A DNA stretch of 64,000 bases from Candidatus Nanoarchaeia archaeon (GCA_035289925.1 DATDVR010000008.1:849-64848), one strand, 5' to 3'. Positions 38,395-47,506 are shown, counted from the stretch's first letter. Numbers and translations are program-made. Notes: generated by a model not told the origin, from the sequence alone.

Positions 38395-38642
38395 TTCTAA
38401 AGAATTTATCTTATTATTTAATGTTAAAGCCTGTGATTCTGGAGCAATAAAAGAATCTGCTTGGTTTGGAATCGCTTGATTAGGCTCATTTTCACTTTGA
38501 GCAACAACTATAATTGCTAAAGCTAATAGAAATAATGCTACAAGATTAAACTGCTTTATTTGCCCCTCTTTTATTTTAATACCCCCTTAGACTAATTAAA
38601 TAAGGCTTTATTTATATATAAATCTTTGTAACCATTTAGAAA

Positions 38643-39443
38643 TTATTGAAACAAGCTTACAAACCATAGCCACATTCTTTTGATTAAGCCAGGTTCATTT
38701 TCTTCTTTTATTCTAGTGCTTATTACTGGCCCAATCCCTTCCTCAGTTTTCTTATCCGATTTAACTTCATCTAATTTAGGCTTATAGTTTTCAGATTCCA
38801 ATTCAGCAATAGTTTCTAGTTGCTCTTGTTTTTTAATATTCTTCTCTACTTCTTTTTCAATTTCTAGCAGTTCTGGCAATCTAAAGGTAAACTCAGGATT
38901 TCCATCAGGACCTTTAATAAATAATTCTCTTCTTCCTTCAAGTTCTCTTCCTCTAAATATATCATAATCTTCGTAATTGCCAAGAACGTCAGCAGCAGTT
39001 CTTCTTGCTTCATCATATTGGGCATTAATCAGCAAAACCGCATGATTATTGTTGTTTTTAATTTCTACAACAGCATACTTGTCTAATTCGTAAACATTTC
39101 TGCATTTATAAGAGCTAAATTCTTCAACAATTTCATTCTCGCAGGGATTTCCCACAGCAATTATATTATAAGAGTTTAATATATTAATGTCCTTCAATAG
39201 TTCATTGTCCATAATGGTGGTTCCAAAATTCTTTGAGTTGGCCAAGGACTGCAAACCACTAGAGATTTGTATTAATGCAAGGACATCAGAAGCAGGTGCT
39301 TTTTCACCTACAACAAAAGCCAAAGGACGATCTTTGTTTTGAATAAAAAAGTTAGGATAATCATCTAAGTAATAAATTGTATCTGCATCTATTGGAGATA
39401 AAAACAATAAAAAAAGGCTAATTAATAAAACATTTTTTTTCAT
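38643..39443 (-). CDS. secreted protein with an S-layer-type domain (paralog of the central domain of the 26357-28987 product)
   Basis: Has a signal peptide (LLISLFLLFLSPIDA). The segment FVVGEKAPASDVLALIQ...YNIIAVGNPCENEIVEEFSSYKC...AVLLINAQYDEARRTAADVL matches the corresponding segment of the 26357-28987 product. Confidence 0.6.
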   Translation of the reverse strand: MKKNVLLISLFLLFLSPIDADTIYYLDDYPNFFIQNKDRPLAFVVGEKAPASDVLALIQISSGLQSLANSKNFGTTIMDNELLKDINILNSYNIIAVGNPCENEIVEEFSSYKCRNVYELDKYAVVEIKNNNNHAVLLINAQYDEARRTAADVLGNYEDYDIFRGRELEGRRELFIKGPDGNPEFTFRLPELLEIEKEVEKNIKKQEQLETIAELESENYKPKLDEVKSDKKTEEGIGPVISTRIKEENEPGLIKRMWLWFVSLFQ

Positions 39444-39501
39444 TTTATCAAATTAGATAACGTATTATATAAATATTGTGAAAATGCTTGAAAGCTTAAC
39501 G

Positions 39502-39921
39502 CTAATAAGTTATCTCTATCTTTATTCTTCCATTTGAAGTCCTGCTTATTGTTCTTCCCTGCCATCCTTCAGTATAATCTATAAACAAGTCAGATTCTAA
39601 TTTAGTTCCAGCTTCCCCATTGTTGCAGTCCTCAAAAACAAGCTTTTCTTCTTCTCCTTTAAACAGCCCATTTTTTGCTTCAACATTTTTATTGCACGAA
39701 TATAGATATACAGAAAAATGGCTTAGGTATGATTTATCAACGTTTGCAGTCCTGTAATTCTTGACTAAAATTTCAACCCCATTTTCAGTCGCTCTTATCC
39801 TGTCGCATCTTACTTCTGGTATGCCTAAAGAGCATCTTGTAGGTATGATTGCTTCAAAGAAACCAAAAGAAAAAAAAGCCATAACAAAAAGAAAAATAAA
39901 GATGAGATATAGTGGCCTCAT
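39502..39921 (-). CDS. pilin-domain paralog with a degenerate N-terminal signal
   Basis: Has a hydrophobic N-terminus without the Q..E motif. The C-terminal domain has the same Cys-pair and GEEEKL.F..C layout as the neighbouring pilins. It is the last gene of the pilin array. Confidence 0.5.
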   Translation of the reverse strand: MRPLYLIFIFLFVMAFFSFGFFEAIIPTRCSLGIPEVRCDRIRATENGVEILVKNYRTANVDKSYLSHFSVYLYSCNKNVEAKNGLFKGEEEKLVFEDCNNGEAGTKLESDLFIDYTEGWQGRTISRTSNGRIKIEITY

Positions 39922-39923
39922 AA

Positions 39924-40394
39924 TTACTCTATTGTTCCTACTATCTGCCCATTCTTTGTGCGGGTAAGTGCATTAGCGCCAGATCCTTCTGTCCAGTTTA
40001 TCTGGAGATTTCCCTTGAATCTGTCTCCAGCTGCACCAGTATCTGTGCCTAACGCACAAGTAATTGTTAGTTTTATAGTTTCACCATCTGAAAACGTTGC
40101 GTCTGTTGCTGCAGGACTTGCATCACAGGTAGAGCCAGAATTCTGCAAACCAACACTGAAAGAAGTCAATGAAATTCCCATTCCATTCTGGATTACCATC
40201 TCAATTGTGCCTGTTGCAATCTTGAAATTGCTGCACCCTACTCCAGGGAAATATACGCAGCTGCTTGGCAGGAATCTTGATGGATTCAATACTCCAAAGT
40301 AAGCCAAAGCGCCTATTGCGATAAGAACTACTAAAATAGCCCAGCCATAGGTCATTAAAAACTCTAAAGCTGCTTGTCCTCTTTTGTTATTCAT
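39924..40394 (-). CDS. archaeal type IV pilin (class III signal peptide)
   Basis: The N-terminus is MNNKRGQAALEFLMTYGWAILVVLIAIGALAYFGVLNP. An AGGTGA Shine-Dalgarno sequence lies 6 nt upstream of the ATG. Confidence 0.85.
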   Translation of the reverse strand: MNNKRGQAALEFLMTYGWAILVVLIAIGALAYFGVLNPSRFLPSSCVYFPGVGCSNFKIATGTIEMVIQNGMGISLTSFSVGLQNSGSTCDASPAATDATFSDGETIKLTITCALGTDTGAAGDRFKGNLQINWTEGSGANALTRTKNGQIVGTIE

Positions 40395-40415
40395 GATTTA
40401 TCACCTTTATTGTTT

Positions 40416-40871
40416 TTATTCGTATTTTGTGGCAACCTTGCCTGTTTCTTTGTGAGTTATTGCAACTCCCACTTCTGAATATTGTAATACCAAATCTTCG
40501 CTGTAGGAATTTCCTTCTGTTCCTGTTGTCAAGCCTGAAAAGGCACAGCTTAGCTGCTTCCCAGATTTCCAGGTTGTTCCGTTCCATCCAACGCCGGTGC
40601 ATGTTCCAGCAAGGCTTTCAATTGTAAGGGTGAAATTCCCTAAGTCTTTTCCTATTCCGTTTCTAATTATAAATGTTCCTGTTCCGTCAGACTTTACAAT
40701 AAAATCATCACAGTTAAATCCAGGTGCCAAGATGCATGATTTTGGCAATATCCCTTTTGGATTCAATACACCGAAATAAGCTAAAGCTCCAATTGCGATT
40801 AAAACTACTAAAATAGCCCAGCCATAGGTCATTAAAAACTCTAAAGCTGCTTGTCCTTTTTTGTTATTCAT
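40416..40871 (-). CDS. archaeal type IV pilin (class III signal peptide)
   Basis: The N-terminus is MNNKKGQAALEFLMTYGWAILVVLIAIGALAYFGVLNP. It has the same Shine-Dalgarno sequence and spacing. Confidence 0.85.
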   Translation of the reverse strand: MNNKKGQAALEFLMTYGWAILVVLIAIGALAYFGVLNPKGILPKSCILAPGFNCDDFIVKSDGTGTFIIRNGIGKDLGNFTLTIESLAGTCTGVGWNGTTWKSGKQLSCAFSGLTTGTEGNSYSEDLVLQYSEVGVAITHKETGKVATKYE

Positions 40872-40882
40872 GATTTATCACC

Positions 40883-41335
40883 TTATTCATATTTTGCGTT
40901 AAATTTGCCTGTTTCTTTGTGAACCAAAGTGCTTCCTCTCTCAGTATACTGCAATATCAAATCAGCACTTAAAACATCTCCAATTGCTCCTGTTGTCAAG
41001 CCTGTAAAGTCGCAGTCAAGCTGAGTTCCATCAACCCAGTTTGTTCCGTTCCAATTTACTCCATTGCATGATCCTGTAGCGCTTGCCAATGTTATTGTCC
41101 AGTTATTTAAAGTCTTTCCAAAGCCGTTTCTTATTATCACTGTTGAAGTTCCATCAGTATTTAATATAAAGTCATCACATGAAAAGCCAGGTGCAATTAT
41201 GCAGGTGTCTGGCAATGCTCTTTTTGGATTCAATACACCGAAATAAGCCAAAGCGCCTATTGCGATAAGAACAACAAGGATTGCCCAGCCATAAGTCATT
41301 AAAAACTCTAAAGCTGCTTGTCCTCTTTTACTCAT
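40883..41335 (-). CDS. archaeal type IV pilin (class III signal peptide)
   Basis: The start is taken at the ATG at 41335 (MSKRGQAALEFLMTYGWAILVVLIAIGALAYFGVLNP). The TTG start in the ORF track (41350) lies inside the GAGGTG Shine-Dalgarno sequence. Confidence 0.85.
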   Translation of the reverse strand: MSKRGQAALEFLMTYGWAILVVLIAIGALAYFGVLNPKRALPDTCIIAPGFSCDDFILNTDGTSTVIIRNGFGKTLNNWTITLASATGSCNGVNWNGTNWVDGTQLDCDFTGLTTGAIGDVLSADLILQYTERGSTLVHKETGKFNAKYE

Positions 41336-41484
41336 TAATGAACACCTCAATTTAATATATTTATATCCAATTACTGCTATATAAACTTAACTGTTGTTTT
41401 TCATAATTTTGGCTATTTTATTAATTTATTACCACTCAAAAAAGATTAACAAGTAATATAAGATTTTTAAATCAGCTTACTAGC
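41336..41484. promoter_or_regulatory. divergent promoter region between the pilin array and the pilus assembly operon
   Basis: Minus-strand TTTATATA (41378-41385) lies about 43 nt upstream of the ATG at 41335, with a GAGGTG Shine-Dalgarno sequence between them. Plus-strand TAATATAA (41454-41461) lies about 23 nt upstream of the ATG at 41485, which suggests a leaderless transcript. Confidence 0.4.
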
Positions 41485-41901
41485 ATGAATAAAAAAGCGC
41501 AGGCAAGCACAGAATATATTTTTCTTATAGCAATAATATTAATTGTTTTCATCCCTGTTTTATATTACTCAATAAACAAGGTCAACAATGAAGTGAAGTT
41601 AAGCAAGGTAAACGAGATGGTGATAAGTTTACGGCAAGGAATAAAAAACATCTACTCTTTCGGCCCAAATAATTTAGAAGTAGTTTTAGTAAACATTCCT
41701 GCAGGCATCAATTCAGTCAGCATTTCAGGCAAGGAAATAATATTCAAGTTTGAAATTTACGGCCAAGTCTCAGATGTTATAGTGGATTCGCCTGCTCAAT
41801 TAGTGGGCAATCTTTCAATAAAGCCAGGCACGCACAACATTTTGATAAATAATACAAACGGAAGCTTAATTAGATTAACAGACAAGGAATTTTTACAATG
41901 A
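41485..41901 (+). CDS. pilin-like protein (class III signal peptide)
   Basis: The N-terminus MNKKAQASTEYIFLIAIILIVFIPVLYY fits QxSxExxxL exactly. Confidence 0.75.
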   Translation: MNKKAQASTEYIFLIAIILIVFIPVLYYSINKVNNEVKLSKVNEMVISLRQGIKNIYSFGPNNLEVVLVNIPAGINSVSISGKEIIFKFEIYGQVSDVIVDSPAQLVGNLSIKPGTHNILINNTNGSLIRLTDKEFLQ

Positions 41902-42281
41902 AATCTGGCCAAGTTTCAACAGAGTTTATTTTTTCTTTGATAATACTATTTGTTGCTTTGACAATGCTGCTTGCAATAAACTTTGACAAGAGATCACAAT
42001 TAATAGATCTTGAAAAATTTGTATTGGCAAGGGAAGATTGTTTAAAAATATCAAATGCACTTAACACTCTCTATACTAATGGCCCAGAATCAAGGACTAC
42101 TTTAAATGTTTACAATCTAGTTTCAATATACAACAACAGCAGGATTGAAATAAACGACAACAAGACAGATGAACTCTTGACCCAATGCCCATACACTGCA
42201 GTTTTTACTGACAATTTGCAGAACTTAACAGGGCAGATTAGGTTTATAGTGGATTATGATGGGATAGTGAGGCCTGGTTAA
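41898..42281 (+). CDS. pilin-like protein (class III signal peptide)
   Basis: The N-terminus is MKSGQVSTEFIFSLIILFVALTMLLA. It overlaps the upstream gene by 4 nt. Confidence 0.75.
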   Translation: MKSGQVSTEFIFSLIILFVALTMLLAINFDKRSQLIDLEKFVLAREDCLKISNALNTLYTNGPESRTTLNVYNLVSIYNNSRIEINDNKTDELLTQCPYTAVFTDNLQNLTGQIRFIVDYDGIVRPG

Positions 42282-42282
42282 G

Positions 42283-42756
42283 ATGAAAAAAGCCCAGGCC
42301 ATAATAACAGACTTGCTGGTAGCAGTAAGCATAGGCATAGTTCTTCTTATCTCAATAAACCTGTCATGGGATTACTACACTTTGAAGCTGAGCGATGATG
42401 TAACATATTCAGACATGTTCATAAGGGCATCTGAGACAAGCGAAGTTCTTGTCAGCACGCAAGGCTATCCCAAAAACTGGAACAGCAACAATGTTATCCT
42501 AGCAGGTCTTGCAGACTATGACAGGAAAATTTCTGAATCAAAGCTTTCAAATTTCGCAGCCCTCAACAATTCTGCAATCAAGGACATGTTCAAGGTAAAT
42601 CTTTATAACTTCACTTTTGAGATGAAATATAAAATAAATGATTCCAACATAACATCCATAGGCGAGGCAGGAAATGCCAACGTATCAGTAAACTCAAGGA
42701 GGCTAGTTATATACAGAAATGAACCGGCAATCGTTAACTTTATCGTCTGGAAATAA
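42283..42756 (+). CDS. pilin-like protein
   Basis: The N-terminus is MKKAQAIITDLLVAVSIGIVLLISI, a basic segment followed by a hydrophobic helix. Confidence 0.6.
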   Translation: MKKAQAIITDLLVAVSIGIVLLISINLSWDYYTLKLSDDVTYSDMFIRASETSEVLVSTQGYPKNWNSNNVILAGLADYDRKISESKLSNFAALNNSAIKDMFKVNLYNFTFEMKYKINDSNITSIGEAGNANVSVNSRRLVIYRNEPAIVNFIVWK

Positions 42757-43138
42757 GGGGGCAATATTTTCAATAGACGTTGCAATAGCCTTTTTTATAG
42801 TTGCAATAGTGCTCTTCACGTCTGCATATTATGCAGGCAGGCAGAATCAGGACTATCTTGCAAATCTTCAGATGTACAAAGCAGGCTACGATGTTGTTAC
42901 AGTGCTCGACTACAAAAACATTCTGAACACGACAGATAACATCACTCTGCAAAGCAGCATGTACAACCTGACAGCAGTCAACTATCTCATGAAGATTCGC
43001 ATAGACGACACAAACGGCGCCTTAATAATTATGACAAACGACACTGCGCCTACAGAAAGCCTGGTTTTGAGCGGCGAACGTCCAATAATGAGGGACACTA
43101 CCCAGGCAATAGCGAGGTTCTGGATATGGCCAAGATGA
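42719..43138 (+). CDS. pilin-like protein
   Basis: NKGAIFSIDVAIAFFIVAIVLFTSAYY resembles a prepilin cleavage site followed by a helix. The start codon is uncertain because it gives a 38-nt overlap with the upstream gene. Confidence 0.5.
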   Translation: MNRQSLTLSSGNKGAIFSIDVAIAFFIVAIVLFTSAYYAGRQNQDYLANLQMYKAGYDVVTVLDYKNILNTTDNITLQSSMYNLTAVNYLMKIRIDDTNGALIIMTNDTAPTESLVLSGERPIMRDTTQAIARFWIWPR

Positions 43139-43956
43139 GAAAAAAAGCTATTTTATTCACTTTAGGTATGGTTTTTTTAGCTTTGTCCTTGCTGTCCCTG
43201 TCTTTCTTGATTTACAGAAACAGTTTGTCAAGCAGGGAAATAGACTACAACGCTATAGCTTCAATAAGAATGCAGAACCTGTTCAGCGCTGCAGATTACC
43301 ATTTCACAAGCCTTTTTTACAACAATACAGGATTTAAGGTGACAAAAAATGAGACAGGAATAACATTCAGGCACAATTTAGATGACAATTTTAATGCCTT
43401 TTTTATCAATGCAAATAAATACAACAACATAGTAAATAAAGTTTATGGTGTAACCTCCACAATGTTGTTCAATTCAACTGAAATGTTTTTCAATATCACA
43501 AAAAGCTTGAAGGCAACAAGCAGCCAGATAGCCTATAATGTTTACTCAGGCACGGGAAATAAGACAATAGTTATTTATGACGAGCCTTCAGTTTCTTCTT
43601 ACACAATACGTGTTAACAGCACAGATTCAAACGGCACTGCAGGCTGGGGCACAGTTTCGCCAGGTAATACAAACTTTGTCATAATTGTTGAAGGCCAGAG
43701 CGGATGGAGAAGCACATCCCAGCAGCAGATTTCAACATCAAGCTTCAGTTTTGCAGGAGTGTCTGGTTTTGCAAACAGCTTTAACATAACAATAAATGGA
43801 GGCAATGTTACAATAAGGACAGACACAGGAAACCTGATTCTTGAAGCAACTTTAAATTTTTCAGCAGCTTCAAACGAAGTTTTGCTTCCGGTTAAAATAG
43901 ACTATAATATGTCTTCTTCAAACGTCTTCAGATCATATTATCCTAGAATTTTGTAA
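43126..43956 (+). CDS. pilin-like or pilus-associated protein with an N-terminal hydrophobic helix
   Basis: The N-terminus is MAKMRKKAILFTLGMVFLALSLLSLSFLIY. The remainder is Ser/Thr/Asn-rich and beta-rich. Confidence 0.5.
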   Translation: MAKMRKKAILFTLGMVFLALSLLSLSFLIYRNSLSSREIDYNAIASIRMQNLFSAADYHFTSLFYNNTGFKVTKNETGITFRHNLDDNFNAFFINANKYNNIVNKVYGVTSTMLFNSTEMFFNITKSLKATSSQIAYNVYSGTGNKTIVIYDEPSVSSYTIRVNSTDSNGTAGWGTVSPGNTNFVIIVEGQSGWRSTSQQQISTSSFSFAGVSGFANSFNITINGGNVTIRTDTGNLILEATLNFSAASNEVLLPVKIDYNMSSSNVFRSYYPRIL

Positions 43957-44013
43957 CTATTGGTGAAGTAAAACACTAGTTTTTATTAAAAAGAAGTGGT
44001 TTTTAAATTGAGA

Positions 44014-45165
44014 ATGGCGAAAATAAAGTGGTTTGACATAGTCTTCTGGCTCGGCGTATTGGTTGTAGCGCTTGCATTGTTGTTGATGGACAACCCTTCA
44101 ATAGTCATAGTAGGCATCATCTTCGAAATTTTAGGCACTCTAGGTATAGTAATGGTCAGGAGAAAAGACAAGCCAAAGCCTGAAGAGCCAGAGAAAAAGA
44201 AGAAAGATTTGAAGCCAAAGCCATACAACAAGGAAGTGGCTGAAAAAGAACGTCCAAAGAAAGAGCTAGTAATTGGAACAACATCAGAATTCTACAAAAA
44301 AAACATAATGATTTTTGTTGCTGCAGTTGTTGTGATTCTTGGATTCATAATCTACCAGCTTGTCAACATTTCTGGCAAATCAATAATATATATTCTTCTG
44401 CTTATATTCAATTTTGTAATCCTGGTTTTATTGTTTGTTTTTGGCACTTACTTGATTAAAAGGAAAAAAGAGGCAGAGCTTGACAACAAGCCTTTGATAG
44501 AGACAGAAAAAGAACTGAATGCAAACAAGAAAGTGAGCAAGTTCGTGGTTTTAAGGCACTATGTCAGGAAGGCCTTGGAAAAAGATTTCTCAAGAGAGCA
44601 AATTGTTAAGGCAGCTTTGGCAGCTGGCTGGCCAGTAAGATTCATAGAAAAAGCCTACAAGAGGGAAATCAAGAGAAGCGATATAATCAGCACTTTAATC
44701 AAGGGCTATGAGACAAAGATATTGAAGCGCTATATCAAGACTGCAATGGAAGACGGATTTAAAAAAGACGAGATAATTGCCGCTGCAAAAAATGCAGGCT
44801 GGCCTGATAAAATCATTGAAAACTCTTACGATGCATTAGAAGGAAAAGAGCTTGTCTTCAGAAAAGAAAAAGAAATAGGATTGGAGCAAGAGTTGACGGA
44901 TGAAGAAGAGGAAAAACAGACAAAAAACATCCTGAAAGTAACAGCAAAGTTAATAAAGCATGAAACAGATTTTGATAGGTTGTATAATTTGGTTAAAAAG
45001 AGAGGTGCTATGAAGTTGTCTGAGGTTTCTAAAGAATTTAATATCAGTAAGAAGCAGGCAGAGGAATGGGGACAAATTCTTGAGGATCACGAGCTTATTG
45101 AATTGTATTATCCAGTAATAGGAGAGCCAGAACTAAGATGGAAGAAATCGAAAGCTACAGGATAA
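44014..45165 (+). CDS. membrane protein with two GWP repeats and a C-terminal wHTH-like domain (pilus locus accessory protein)
   Basis: Has N-terminal TM helices. There is an internal duplication, HYVRKALEKDFSREQIVKAALAAGWPVRFIEKAY versus RYIKTAMEDGFKKDEIIAAAKNAGWPDKIIENSY. The C-terminus reads KLSEVSKEFNISKKQAEEWGQILEDHELIELYYP. The ORF track lists a GTG start at 43996. Confidence 0.55.
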   Translation: MAKIKWFDIVFWLGVLVVALALLLMDNPSIVIVGIIFEILGTLGIVMVRRKDKPKPEEPEKKKKDLKPKPYNKEVAEKERPKKELVIGTTSEFYKKNIMIFVAAVVVILGFIIYQLVNISGKSIIYILLLIFNFVILVLLFVFGTYLIKRKKEAELDNKPLIETEKELNANKKVSKFVVLRHYVRKALEKDFSREQIVKAALAAGWPVRFIEKAYKREIKRSDIISTLIKGYETKILKRYIKTAMEDGFKKDEIIAAAKNAGWPDKIIENSYDALEGKELVFRKEKEIGLEQELTDEEEEKQTKNILKVTAKLIKHETDFDRLYNLVKKRGAMKLSEVSKEFNISKKQAEEWGQILEDHELIELYYPVIGEPELRWKKSKATG

Positions 45166-46622
45166 AAACAAACGAGCTGGATGTTGAAGTAAGCATCACA
45201 GGTGGCAAAGGAAAATTTAAACAATATCATTTGATAATTCCTTACCTAAACCCTGCTACAGTTGCTTTGCTTGAGCATATCAAGACAAGCTTGATCACGA
45301 ATGTTGCAGTGACATCTTCAGAGTTGCTTGAGCCTAAAATGCTCGAGTCATTGAAGACAAAGTTCAAAGAGCAAGCCCTAGTTCTCTTGAAAAGATCCCT
45401 GCCAAATGCAGATGATGAAACAATAAACTTCCTCCTTTCAGTTTTGATACAGGAAATTCTAGGATTGGACAAGGTAGAATATCTTCTTAATGACGAGTCA
45501 TTGGAAGAAATTGTAATTGTCTCAGCAAAGGAGCCAATACGTGTTTACCATAAAAGGCACGGCTGGCTTATCACAAACCTAAGGATTACAACAGAAGCTC
45601 AAATCCAGAATATAGCAAATATCATAGCAAGAAGGATTGGAAGGCAAGTAACTACATTAAATCCTTTGTTGGACGCTCACTTATTGACAGGAGACAGAGC
45701 GAATGCAGTCTTGTATCCAGTGTCAACAAAAGGAAACACAATCACTATAAGAAAGTTCGCGAGAGACCCATGGACAGTAACAGACTTCATAAGGAACAAC
45801 ACAGTTACTTCAAAGCTGATGTCATTGATATGGATTGCAATACAGTATGAGATGAACATGATTGTCGCTGGAGGCACAGCATCAGGAAAAACTTCTTTGC
45901 TGAACGTCTGCATGCCATTCATCCAGCCAAACCAAAGAATAATTTCAATAGAGGACACAAGAGAAATTGAGCTTCCTAAATTTTTGTATTGGTGCCCTTT
46001 AGTTACAAGAGAGCCTAACGCAGAAGGAAAAGGAGAAGTCTCAATGTTAGATTTATTAGTCAACTCCTTAAGAATGAGGCCAGACAGGATTGTTCTTGGA
46101 GAAATAAGAAAGAAAGACCAGGCGCAAGTTCTTTTCGAAGCAATGCACACAGGTCACTCAGTATACTCAACTATGCACGCAGACTCTCTTCCAGAAACAA
46201 TTTCAAGATTGGTTAATCCACCAATTGATATCCCGGTAAATTTGCTTGACTCTGTAAACTTATGCATGGTAATGTTCAGGGACAGAAGAAAAGGAATAAG
46301 AAGAGCTTACCAATTAGGAGAATTTGTTGTAGGAGAGGAAGAAGGAAGACTAGTAGCAAAGCCAAACTTGATTTACAGGTGGAATCCAACAACAGACAAG
46401 ATGATACAGCACTCAACTTCTGTAAGATTATTTGAAGATCTTACAAGAAGAACAGGAATGTCGCAGCAGGAATTGGACGATGATGTCGCTGAGAAGAAAG
46501 CAATTCTTGACTGGCTTGCAAGAAGAAATATAAGGCACATAACTGAAGTTGGCGAAGTAATAAAAGACTATTATCTTGATCCTGAATCTATCCTTAAGAA
46601 AATTAAGGTAAAAAAGGAATAA
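45138..46622 (+). CDS. type IV pilus/archaellum-family secretion ATPase (ArlI/FlaI, PilB/TadA-like)
   Basis: Carries Walker A (GGTASGKTSLLN), Walker B/Asp box (RPDRIVLGEIR) and a His box (HTGHSVYSTMHA). Confidence 0.9.
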   Translation: MEEIESYRIKTNELDVEVSITGGKGKFKQYHLIIPYLNPATVALLEHIKTSLITNVAVTSSELLEPKMLESLKTKFKEQALVLLKRSLPNADDETINFLLSVLIQEILGLDKVEYLLNDESLEEIVIVSAKEPIRVYHKRHGWLITNLRITTEAQIQNIANIIARRIGRQVTTLNPLLDAHLLTGDRANAVLYPVSTKGNTITIRKFARDPWTVTDFIRNNTVTSKLMSLIWIAIQYEMNMIVAGGTASGKTSLLNVCMPFIQPNQRIISIEDTREIELPKFLYWCPLVTREPNAEGKGEVSMLDLLVNSLRMRPDRIVLGEIRKKDQAQVLFEAMHTGHSVYSTMHADSLPETISRLVNPPIDIPVNLLDSVNLCMVMFRDRRKGIRRAYQLGEFVVGEEEGRLVAKPNLIYRWNPTTDKMIQHSTSVRLFEDLTRRTGMSQQELDDDVAEKKAILDWLARRNIRHITEVGEVIKDYYLDPESILKKIKVKKE

Positions 46623-46623
46623 A

Positions 46624-47505
46624 ATGTTCAATGTACCTTACTCAATAATACCTACAAGAACATTAAAGCAGGCTTCTAAAAAAATATTTTACAGCATTGC
46701 TTCAAAGATGGCAGTCGGCCTGCCAAACTTGCCAATGTATTTAAGGCAGGCTGAAACTGACTTGACTCCTAAGGAATATATAAGCATGTGCATGCTTTCA
46801 TCAACTTTCCTATTTGGTTTTTTCCTGATATTTAGTGTTTTCCTTACAAAAGCAGGGCTTAACTTTTTCCTTGGCTTTATAGTTTCAATGATATTAACAA
46901 TTATTCTTTTCGTCCAGCAGCTCCTGTATCCAAAAACAGCAGCAAACAAAAGAGTTAGGGACATAGAAAAAAATCTTCTGTCAGTATTGCAGAACATTTT
47001 GATACAGATTAATTCTGGAGTGCCTTTGTTCAATGTGATAGTCTCGATAGCAAACAGCAACTACGGCCAGATTTCAAAGGAGTTTGAAATGGCAGTTAGA
47101 GAAATCAACGCTGGAAAGCAGCAGGTTGCAGTTCTCGATGATTTAGCTACAAGAAATCCTTCTGTTAATTTCAGGAGAGCTATCTGGCAGATTACAAACG
47201 GCATAAAGACAGGTTCAGACTTGTCAAGAGTAATAGAGGAAAACATATCAGCTTTAAGCGAACTCCAGTTGATTCAAATCCAGAAATACGGAAGCCAGCT
47301 AAAGCCAATTGCAATGTTCTACTTGTTATTGGCAATAATACTGCCTTCTTTAGGTGCAACTTTCATAATCCTCATGTCTTCATTCATCGCAATGTCTGAA
47401 TTTGGGATAAAAGTAATATTCTGGACTCTTTTTGGGATAGTTTCATTGGTGCAGCTCTTCTTTTTAGGTGTTGTAAAATCAAGGAGGCCAACATTGTTGG
47501 GTTAA
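46624..47505 (+). CDS. pilus platform membrane protein with a single T2SSF domain (TadB/TadC, EpdJ/K-like)
   Basis: T2SSF-like helical segment (LQNILIQINSGVPLFNVIVSIA...REINAGKQQVAVLDDLA) flanked by TM helices. Confidence 0.75.
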   Translation: MFNVPYSIIPTRTLKQASKKIFYSIASKMAVGLPNLPMYLRQAETDLTPKEYISMCMLSSTFLFGFFLIFSVFLTKAGLNFFLGFIVSMILTIILFVQQLLYPKTAANKRVRDIEKNLLSVLQNILIQINSGVPLFNVIVSIANSNYGQISKEFEMAVREINAGKQQVAVLDDLATRNPSVNFRRAIWQITNGIKTGSDLSRVIEENISALSELQLIQIQKYGSQLKPIAMFYLLLAIILPSLGATFIILMSSFIAMSEFGIKVIFWTLFGIVSLVQLFFLGVVKSRRPTLLG

Positions 47506-47506
47506 A

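Noticed and set aside
39958-41246. Plus-strand ORFs and the 40387-40602 minus-strand ORF overlapping the pilin genes
   Set aside because: All of them lie within or antisense to well-supported pilin reading frames that have Shine-Dalgarno sequences and class III signal peptides.
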